From contig OX638155.1 in NCBI GenBank assembly GCA_951804945.1, positions 51,088,001 to 51,152,000 of the forward strand: a stretch of DNA of 64,000 bases, in the 5' to 3' direction. The notes below the pieces were generated by a model. The model was not told the origin of the DNA, ran no database searches, and worked only from the letters and a program-made list of their open reading frames with translations. The DNA is from Podarcis cretensis. Taxonomy: Eukaryota. Both the position numbers and the translations under genes were made by a program. Positions within the stretch are counted from its first letter, which is position 1. Each line of letters starts with the position of its first letter. Shown one piece after another: positions 53,995-64,000 of the stretch.

Positions 53995-54242
53995 TAGGCT
54001 TGCAATACGTCAGGAAAATTCTCGACATGTCCTGGTTTTTGAGTGTAAAAATGGCGTCAGGGGGGAATTTTGCCGAACCAGCAAATTGTCAAGGAAAACC
54101 TGGATGTATGTCAATGCGATGGAAAGAAAAAGCAGCAGAAACAGCTCCAAAAACTCAACCATTTGGGTTTGTTCCCCCCAAAAAGCTCAACAACATTGCG
54201 GCAGGTATCAGGAATTTTACTTTTTGAAATATGGCAACTCTA
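53995..54242. mobile_element. Non-autonomous hAT element, 248 bp, nested in an older palindromic repeat
   Basis: Perfect 8-bp TSD GCTTAACC (53987-53994 and 54243-54250), TIRs TAGGCTTGCAATA and TATGGCAACTCTA. Confidence 0.85.
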
Positions 54243-55778
54243 GCTTAACCATGAGCCTGGATTCAGATGACTTGCTAAGCCAAACCTTCTCATAACTCCA
54301 CACAGAAGCAAAATAAGTGGCTTCAGATCCTCTCCATTAGCCCACACTTTTACACTAAACCAGTGTTTGAGTTAGTGAAATATGAATCAAGCTATTATAT
54401 TTTAGGTCTATCTACACCTAAGACTTTTCAAGTGTACCCCTAAAGTTATAAAATATGAATGTCACAAACATGTTTACAAATATGAACATAATATAGGTAC
54501 AAGTGTCTGGGATCCATCATTATCTACAGCTCCCTATTCAGTGCACATTCATAAGCAAAACTGGGTTTGCCTCTGAGTAATATGTGAAATGCTCCAGAGA
54601 CATGGGGGCTCTTGAATTAAATATTTCCAAATTCTGGAGATGGAAAAAATTCATCAGCATAACATAAATATTTGTTCCACTCAATTTTAATACCTGCCCA
54701 ACTGTTGGTTTTTTTTTGTGTGTGTGGGGGGGGGCTTGGCTTCTATGTTCACCTGTTATGTGAAGAACTTGTAAAGAAGGGATTGGATTAATGAAACAAA
54801 ACAGAGAGAAGGGGCAATCTGCAAGAGAAAAAAGACAGCTGATGTGCAGGTCACAAAGTACAGAGCTGGAGTTCTGCTTATAAAAGAAGTCCTATTATTT
54901 TGGTTTTTCTTCAAGTTTTTCCCCCCACTTGGAGGTTTATGTGAGGATTCTAACAGCAGACAAATTAAAGGCAGTATTCAATTCTGAAGTGGAAATCTTA
55001 CAAAAATGGAAAAGGAAACAAATAGGAATAATGTGTATCTTGTTCCCAATTCTTCTTGATTTTTCTTTTATATATGTAACTACAGTGTCCTTTCCTCACT
55101 TGTTTCTTTTTCAAAAGTTAATACTTGTGTCTTAAAATTATTTCTTCTTTCACTTTGTGCAGCCACTTCCTTGGTAGCCACGCTACATTTTTCATTCACC
55201 TTTCTTTTCTTTTATGAACATGAAATAGCCAGGCCAACACAACTGATTTCACCTATTGGTTTGATTATGCTATCCTTGTTAAGTCACTTAACTGGATCCC
55301 AAGTGCTTTTGCAACATTTTAAAGTATTTTCCTTTCACGTTGCTGTATCCCTGTTTCAGATTACTGATACAAACAATGCACCAACATTTGTGTTTGTTTT
55401 AAAGCAAAAGCAGCCTCAGGAGGCTGCAATTCTGAACACAGAAACAATAAAACCTTGCTTAGCCTTTTGTCCATTGACAGTGCACACCCCGGTCCTACCC
55501 CACCCACAGCCACCATCAAATCATCCATAGAAATGATTTCCTTACCAAGGTTCTCTTAGAAATATGATCTGGAAACTTGTTCTTGCATACCTGGAGGTTG
55601 CACCCTTATGATTGCCATTACCTTTAAAAAAATGTTTTTGGGGAAAAGAACCATCAACCATGTCTTTTCTTCACTGTCTTTCTGAGTCACCAGCTTTTGC
55701 CTCAGGCCAACAGAAAATTTGTAGCATGTAATCTTGATTTATCATTAAATATTTTGTTTAGACAAACATTCATAGATG

Positions 55779-55794
55779 CTTCTTTCTTTCTTTC

Positions 55795-55830
<36 letters not shown>

Positions 55831-55832
55831 TC
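55779..55832. repeat. (TTTC)n microsatellite
   Basis: Read directly. Confidence 0.95.
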
Positions 55833-57109
55833 CTGTGGGACTGCACAAGTAGGTAGGTGAATTTCATTTCTTGAACCCTTTCAAATGAATCTCTCACACA
55901 AATACTGGAGCCAGTTTCATTTTCTTGGCCTCCACAGGCTCAGTGTATCACACTTCATTCAGGGTTTACCCCAGGCAGCATGGTGACCTACTCAGAAAGC
56001 TTTGGCAATCCTCTATTTGGAAATTGCAGCTCTAGGCACAGAAGAGTGTACAAAACTCCAGCACTGGTTGAACATTCAAACTCATGTCATTACAATTACA
56101 TGAAGCTAGAGTGAGACTGTGGCTGCTCTATCACAGGAACACACACACTGAGGGGCATAACTGTAGAGGAGAGGCAGGCTTCCAAAGAGTTATCCATCCC
56201 TTGTTCATCAGTGTTAGAAACTGAGATATGAAAGCTAGGAGCTAAATGGCACCTTAAACCTAGGTTATGGGCACAAGAACGGAATGTCTAGGCACACTTT
56301 TTTATAACAAGAATTCAAAACTAAAAATGAATGAACTGCAGCTAAAATATTATGTTCGTTTTTCACATAGTCTAGTTCTTCCTTTGCCCACCCCCTAATA
56401 CTCCTAACGGGGTCTCTTCTCCAGTCTTCAGAAAGCAGCTGGAAGTGGGGAGGCAGAAAAATGTCCTCCTTTCCTTCCATCCTGCAGTTTTATTCTGAAA
56501 TCTTAGGTACAGTACCATGCCCAGAGTTCAGAAACTGCTCACGCTAATGAATTTCCCTGTCGCAAAATGTGCCGAGAACAATGGCAGTTTCGAACTCTGC
56601 TTGTCATGATGTGGAACCCTGTGCAATCAGGGAACCATGTCATGGAGAGAGCCTAGACACACAGAGCTGGCTCCTCACAACAGATGTGCCCTCCCAGGGA
56701 ATGGACAGCAGCAGTGTGAGGGGCTGACAGAGATGCGATGGCAGCGATGGGCCCACTCCCCAACTCTATATACTGCTAGCTAGACTTGGAAGAGTGTGCC
56801 CAACTTCACAGACATATAACAGGCTGCATTTATTCATTGTATTGCAATACACTATTTTTATTTGTTATAGCTATTTAGCTAGGATTGGTTCCTAAAGTGC
56901 CCTATGACTAAAATCCACAGTAAGGATTTTTACTACCATATTATTACTGATATGTTGGTGTGGTAGGGGCTGTCTCCTCTGGTCCCTGGCAGTTAGTGAT
57001 GAACTCTGAGTTCCAGGAGGGAGTGAAATCAGAGATTGGGTGATGCTGGTAACAAATGCCAACTCACAGAAGTTTTCTGGCCCCTCAACTTGTTATTTAC
57101 TATTCATTT

Positions 57110-57245
57110 CATTTCTATATTTATTTATCCTGCCTTTCTTCCAACATGGAATTCCAGGTGGCATAAATGGGGGTTTCCAGACAGCCTCCCATCCAGGAGC
57201 TGACCAGACCCAGACCTGGAAATGCTTTAGCTTTAGCAAGGTGAC
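57110..57245 (-). mobile_element. SINE-like element with a 5S rRNA-like segment
   Basis: CTCCCATCCAGGAGCTGACCAGACCCAGACCTG..TTAGCTT resembles the 5S rRNA reverse complement (CTCCCATCCAAGTACTAACCAGGCCCGACCCTGCTTAGCTT). AT-rich tail. Confidence 0.45.
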
Positions 57246-58619
57246 CGAACTACGTGCCCTGAGCCTATGCTCTTGTACGTACTGTACATATGAGTCAGAC
57301 AGGTAGGATGTATTATACTAACACTATTTACAGTGATGAACAATTCAAAAATTTGTTGGCAAGTAGTCTGCTGTACATTTTCCTTTTAGGCAGTTTAATA
57401 GGTTTGTTTTGTTTTGTTTTTAAAAACCCTCTCGTGAACTGGATATACAAGTTTTCACTTTCCCTATTAGTCAGATTCTTGCTGATTGTACTGTCTCACC
57501 ATTACTTCAGGTTTGTACAGAAAATTCATATCACAGTGTCCTGGAGAAAACACTGTCTTTGATCGTAGTGTCTGAGGTCTGACATCACGGAGAGCTGTGC
57601 TTTAAAGAACATGAATGCTTCTCTCCTCCCTATCTGTGAAGGGAGCAAGCTGGTACGTGATCAGAAATTATGCAGTCCTGATTTATCTCCTTAATTTGCT
57701 CTATTGAAACACTGCATATATTGCACCCCAAATCCCATCTTAAGTTTATCAAAGTCTCATAGGAATTCTAAAAGTAATGTTTGTTCCTTTGTTATGGCTG
57801 GTTATCCATTTCCCTCTGAGGCTTCTAAAAAAAAAAAAAAAAAAGAAGTCTGCTGTCTCAGCCATTACTTTCTTCATCCTCCCCCTCCAGCCTCCCCCTG
57901 ATCAGTCAGCTTCTGTTAATCTTGGCAGGGTTTATTTGAGCTAAATCAGTTATCTCCCTTCCAATGACACAGCAAGAGATATATGCTACTAGAAATATTT
58001 GGAGCCATCTTCCTGAAAATGTTCCAGGGTAACAAATAACTTAGCTGCAAATCCAATGCCAAGAAATACTTTTTTGTTCTTTAAAATGACTCCTAGTTTT
58101 AAGAACCAGTGACAGAGATTATTATTATTTATTGAGCAGCTGACAGCATTTCTATGGGGCGTTTCCGCTATGTTTTTGCATATTTGATTACTTTTGATAT
58201 TTGATTACTCTGCATGGATTGTGCCAACCATAAACTGTGGTGCTATTTTGAAGTTAGGGATTTATTATGCCACTGTGACTGCCGTTTCTCCTGATGACCT
58301 CCAATTACTATTGCCAAAGGGCACTGGTTGTTTGGGGGAAAGCTTCAGGGTTGGGGCTGTTATTTTGAATCTGAAGTTTATCTATTCTAGGTGATGTGGA
58401 TATATGGTGGCCAGAGGACAATATTTAATTTATTAAGTCCAAGACAGTTGGGTGGCACCTTGTACACCTCCTTCCAGCAGCTCTTGCAGCCAAGCTGGTG
58501 CCAAACGTATGGGTCTGCTTTCCTTTGGACCACATTGGTGAGGCCGAGGGAGGGGTTGTTGTCTGGGCAGCCCAGGACCTCTATACATACTGCCCAGGCT
58601 TGCACCCAGGAGAGGTGCT

Positions 58620-59080
58620 GCTAGCACAGCAGTTTGACTTCATCACTGGAGGCACATTCCATTGTCTCTTGAGACAGACAGATATCAATATATAGTGATC
58701 ATCTGACCAGCTTGAACCAACTTTTTATGAGCAAATTTCCAAATATCGTTGATGTCTTCCAGCAAATTTTCACAGAACTCAGGCCCTATTTGATAACTTA
58801 TACAATTAATAATCAACACAATCAGCACACCTTGGCTGGTTTGATGGTCAATGCAAAGCGGCTAAGAAAGTTCTGGCTAAGGCAATTAGGGATTCACATA
58901 AGAATCCATCAGAGGAATCCATGGAAAATTTGATCAAACTTAGACTGGAATACAAGAGTCTGCTCAAGAACAAGAAAGCTGAATATATGAAACCCAGTGT
59001 CAGGAATTGGGACTAGCAGTAATGGAACAGAGGAAAGACAAAATCTGGGAACTGGGTTGTAGCTCTGAGCTCCTCAGGAA
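58620..59080 (+). mobile_element. Degraded non-LTR retrotransposon (endonuclease end / RT linker)
   Basis: SDH motif near 58694 and GWFDGQCKAAKKVLAKAIR near 58835, resembling the WFD.EC motif of LINE ORF2. Confidence 0.45.
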
Positions 59081-59679
59081 AAAATACAAGATACATATAT
59101 GATTCATAGATAAAATTTATCGAAGCAGATAATCCAGGTGGGTTCAGTGGATGATCATAGTGAGGTATTTCATATATACAAGAACTGTGTCAAAATGCTT
59201 GTGATAGCTTGCCGGTCTCATCTCCCACTTTCAGTCCCACAATAATCACCTTACTACTTGACTTATTATGACATATTTATAATACTTGACCTCAGAAGGC
59301 AGATGTTGTCTCACATGGTTCTTTCTCTACACAGAAAAGCAGCTTCAAATTAATACGTTTGGCAGAAGGCCATTCATTTGATACAGAGTGTTATAGTTCA
59401 ATAACAAGGGATACTGGCAGCAAACTAAACAGCAAACTGAGGTAAGCTGAAGGATCTGAATGTGCTTAGTGTGTTCTTTTTGGCTTGTTTGTTTTATTCC
59501 CCCTCTTCAGTTGAACAGCAGGCCTCTATTCAGCTCCATTTCAGAGTTTTGCCTTGTGAGATGGAAGGCAACAAGCATAAGTATTCTGCATAGGGATGAG
59601 CAGGGTGGCAAAATGGGGAACTGGGGAAGTGGGAGCATTCAAGTGGGTCCTTAGAGGTTAAATAAACCTCTAAATATAT

Positions 59680-59845
59680 ATAGGAATTGTGGAATCATAG
59701 AATTGTAGAGTTGGAAGGGACCACAAGGATCATCTAGTCCAATTGCCTGAAATGCAAGAATATTTTGCCCAACATGGGCCTCGAACCAATAACCCTAAAA
59801 TTAAGAAAGTCATACTCTACTTAAATGATCTACCAATTGAACTAT
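59680..59845 (-). mobile_element. tRNA-derived SINE with a CR1-type tail
   Basis: GAATCATAGAATTGTAGAGTTGGAAGGGACC tail and CTCGAACC reverse B box. Confidence 0.6.
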
Positions 59846-59926
59846 GAGAAACTTGCCTTTTCTTTTTCTTTTTAAAGCAAGCTCAACAGTCTCCAAACCC
59901 AATGGGGCTGAGGTCTGTACCAGGGG

Positions 59927-61072
59927 AATATTTAGGTTTTTAAAGGTTTCGAGGGCATGGACCCCTTGACACAAATTTGCATAAGAACACCATATGCTAA
60001 TGTGTATAGATGCTAATTCAGAATTTAAATGTCAGAGAAGGCAAGTCAGCCTATTTCCCATCCAAATCGCCCTGTGTAAATTATTCAATTAATTTGCACC
60101 CTACCCAGAGCACGTAAAATCAGTGCCCCTTCAATTCTTTTACTCCCAATTAATTTCCCAGCATATCTTTATCCAAATCAGTTAAATTCCCATTCAAATT
60201 ACCCTCAAATTATCTCTCTAAACACATTTATTCTTCCAAATTAATATCCTACCCAAATCGACCCTTCACAATTCCATTTCCCCCAAATTCATTACCCACA
60301 CAGGTAATGATCTGGGGCACTTAGAAAAAGATTTGGAGCTCAAGCCCCATGAACCCAACTCTAGCAGAGCCCCTGGTCTGGACATGCATGTTGCCCGCTT
60401 ACTGCCAGTGAATGTTGCCAGCATGGGAGCAGCATTCAGGCCCAAACCTCCACCAGTAGGCTTGCATGGTATATGTTATCAGCTATTGCCTCCAAGACCA
60501 ATATTTAGGTTTTTAAAGGTTTCGAGGGCATGGACCCCTTGACACAAATTTGCATAAGAACACCATATGCTAATGTGTATAGATGCTAATTCAGAATTTA
60601 AATGTCAGAGAAGGCAAGTCAGCCTATTTCCCATCCAAATCGCCCTGTGTAAATTATTCAATTAATTTGCACCCTACCCAGAGCACGTAAAATCAGTGCC
60701 CCTTCAATTCTTTTACTCCCAATTAATTTCCCAGCATATCTTTATCCAAATCAGTTAAATTCCCATTCAAATTACCCTCAAATTATCTCTCTAAACACAT
60801 TTATTCTTCCAAATTAATATCCTACCCAAATCGACCCTTCACAATTCCATTTCCCCCAAATTCATTACCCACACAGGTAATGATCTGGGGCACTTAGAAA
60901 AAGATTTGGAGCTCAAGCCCCATGAACCCAACTCTAGCAGAGCCCCTGGTCTGGACATGCATGTTGCCCGCTTACTGCCAGTGAATGTTGCCAGCATGGG
61001 AGCAGCATTCAGGCCCAAACCTCCACCAGTAGGCTTGCATGGTATATGTTATCAGCTATTGCCTCCAAGACC
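59927..61072. repeat. Direct tandem duplication, 2 x 573 bp
   Basis: 59927-60499 matches 60500-61072. Matching ORFs start at 60333 and 60906, 573 bp apart. Confidence 0.95.
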
Positions 61073-62279
61073 AATTTCCTTCCAACGGGAATCTTTAAAC
61101 TGAGAAGAGGACCCTTTCTGCATGTGTTGTGGGGAAAATACAACTGGCTTGCAAGAACATGCAGCTTCAAACCCAATTCCCTCTCTCTTCACACTTGCAC
61201 CCAAACCAAACAGGAGAATGGGTCTTCAAAGCCCCTCATCTTAAGCAAGTGCCAGGCACTCCCCTTCCTTAGTTAATATTTGATTATGGTGCCTACAAAG
61301 AGCAGTGAGCATACACAGACTGCAACTAGGATTTCAACCATACTTATATCCCATAACTACACACAGATAAACAAAGTCTGCCCCTTGGAAAACAGAGTGG
61401 CAAAACTTGATTGAACTTCAGAATGATAAAAATTATAAAAATTGCTTTATCGGTCATTGACAATTATACGCCTTCATGCAACGGACTTTGCAGTAAGTCT
61501 AACTTGACAAGTATCAATATCTAGCTTTTTAAAAAATATTAAAAAGCACTCTAGTGAAGTCCATTGTGTGATGGACACTTTTAGACAACTAAGTTCTACT
61601 CAGTGGTGAAAGAGGCAAAGAATTACAGAGTTCTGGGTAAACGTGTAAACCATTGTCTTGAAGTATCCAGCCTGATTTCCATTGCACAGTCACTGTAACT
61701 ATCAATATATGAGACATTAAAAAAAAGCTCATGCACCCAGGCAAATGGTAGTGAGCTGCAAAAACAGGTGGAAGGAAGAGGTATCATGGTCCTTTCTTAC
61801 TAAGACTTCCTAGTGAACCAAGATTAGTAGAAAAACCTAAAGAGCCCTTTCAAACATCCAACTTCTCCTATTTGTTGAGAGGCAAAGGTGATACCACTTG
61901 CCTGGAGAGAGCTATTTCATTTTTCTCAGTTTATGGGGAAAGTGTGGGAACAAAGTAAACTCTCCATCTTTTATTCCAATTCTTTCAATTCAGAGCTCTA
62001 AAATGTAATTGAAAATGCAAAGGAAATTATCATCTTTAAAACCAGTCACCAAGAAAACCATAAGCTGTAATGCAAGGAAGAGTTTCTGCCACCAGGACAC
62101 TGATGACTGGTTGCTAGTCAAATAAGGGGGAAAGCTGAAGTTGATGCTTTATTATTACCTCGAGCAAGCCATATAAACATTACAATCTCCATATATGCAT
62201 CTTAGCATTTGCCTCTTCATTCAGCAACTGAGAGTTAATGCAGAAGCCCAATTCAGAAGTAACAAAATCATGGTTTGTC

Positions 62280-62622
62280 AATACATGCATGACCCTCATG
62301 ACTGTACTTTATCCCTTACTCCTTTGTGTGTAACAAGATTTAGCTTTGATTCACAGTTTGTAACAAACAGCGATTTCCTATTTCATCTGAACACAAGAGA
62401 CTCTTGTTTGTATAAATCATAATTAGCTAACAAATAAGGACATTGAAACAAAGCATAGTCTGCTACCTTGGTTTGTTAACAAATTGTGGTTTGAATGAAC
62501 CACAGTTTCTCATATTCAGACAAAACAGGAAACTGCTGCTTGTTACAAACTGCAAATGGAAACTTTTAATCTCCTCCCCTTGTGTGTAAAGCAGAGACGA
62601 GAGGGGGCAAATCATGCATGTT
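62280..62622. repeat. Degraded palindromic element
   Basis: CAGTTTGTAACAAACAGCGATTTCCT (62354) is mirrored by AGGAAACTGCTGCTTGTTACAAACTG (ending 62552), with CATGCATG in both outer arms. Confidence 0.65.
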
Positions 62623-64000
62623 ATATTCAGCACTTTACAGGGTATAAAGCTGTACTTCTTTATACAATTCTTAGGATTAAGTTCCACTAAACTCTGAAAT
62701 TTTATGATTTCTTACTTATGGAAAAATACATTTTCCATAGTTTTTAGAACAAACATTTACATTTTATGGGTGAAAAGTATATCTTACTTTACTACTGATT
62801 CTCTAGAACTAGCATATTGGTATGATCTATATAATGCATTTGAAATGTAATAAATGTTGGCTATGGTCTTGCATCCATTGAAGGATTTCATTTTGAGACA
62901 GACCATCATCAAAGGTATTATAGTTTCAAATATGTGCACTTGTTTTGCAGCAGTGATAAAAGTATTATCTTATTTTAGGGCTGCAATACAAAAGATACAT
63001 AAAATTACTACTTCCAGAGAGCAACTTGAGAATCATAATTCAGGCTTTTGGCTTTTTACCCTTTCTCTTTAGTGGGAGTTTAAAGTTTGCAAATAGGGCA
63101 AATCCCAAAGCATCTGCATGCAATAGTTTTAAGTAGTGCATTAGGAACAAAAGTGTAATTTTAAGCAAATCAGGAAGACAGTTATCAAATTATGCTAAAG
63201 GCCTGATACAGCCCCCATTAAAGTAAATGGGAGTCTGCAGCAGGATGTTAATCAGCCTTTAAGAGCAGGTGTGTTAATTCTATGTTTCTTCATTATAGAG
63301 TACTAAGCAGATGTCTATGCCACTTAACTATTTACCTCTCAGAAAGAAGCTAGTCTCTTTTAAAAAGAACCATATTCATAAGTATTCCTTATCAACATCT
63401 CATAAAACATTTCATGTAGTTCTAATTTACCTATGTCATTATTGCTCCCTGGAAACCAATAATCATGTCTGGAAATCATTCTCTATATTCATTTCTATCT
63501 ATCAGACTACTTTATTCAATAAGTTTTAAAAATGCTTTCCCCCAAATAATTCCAAATAATGTTCCCATGCCTTTTTAAAGAATCTCTTTCATTTAATGTT
63601 AAGCTTTCAAGGATCATCATTTGTTTAGTTTAAAATTTTATATTTAATTTCTTCAATTTTAATTAAGTCATATGGGACAGTTAAAAAACCTTAATCGGGT
63701 GCATATAAAATTTGCTTTGCTTATGAACTTCTTTGATTTATTTATCTTTTTGTGTATATGCTAGACAGTATCATGGAATAATTATGGAATATTAAAGAAA
63801 AACTATCAAGATAGAAGAGTAGATCATTAATGGATATCAATGATAATATCTAGAGTAAAGTTTTAATATGACTACAGAGGTTAATTTGTTTTAATACTCT
63901 CAATATGTCCGTACAATGTTATATGTGCAACAAACAAGTTAAATCAGTATCCACATTTGAGTACAAAAGTGAGAAATACTGGGTTGTATCCAATGTTAGT

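Noticed and set aside
60333-61103. Duplicated small ORF MELKPHEPN...
   Set aside because: It starts at TTG, has no recognisable homology, and is simply a by-product of the tandem duplication.
48378-64000. KLHL14 BTB/BACK exon or promoter
   Set aside because: No BTB/BACK-like ORF or CpG island was seen. The 5' part of the gene should lie outside the window.

Overview
Vertebrate genomic DNA; the repeat content (Sauria SINE, BovB, squamate-type SINEs) points to a squamate, probably a lacertid lizard (inference). The window holds the 3' part of the kelch-like gene KLHL14 on the minus strand. Seven coding exons run from 48377 down to the stop codon at 11336, with consistent splice phases, including one GC-AG intron, followed by a probable ~2.7 kb 3'UTR. 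The BTB/BACK-coding 5' part is not in the window and should lie beyond position 64000. The rest is intronic or intergenic sequence rich in transposable elements: Sauria SINEs, BovB fragments, a solo LTR, Penelope/CR1/other LINE remnants, hAT and Tc1/mariner MITEs and palindromic elements. There is also a 573-bp tandem duplication, microsatellites and three N gaps. I found no convincing novel protein-coding system. The most interesting signals are structural: a tail-to-tail SINE pair forming a ~360-bp hairpin whose insertion order can be read from its TSDs, a SINE-in-LTR-in-MITE nest, a foldback-like element, and a MITE plus a miR-25/92 seed cluster in the probable 3'UTR.
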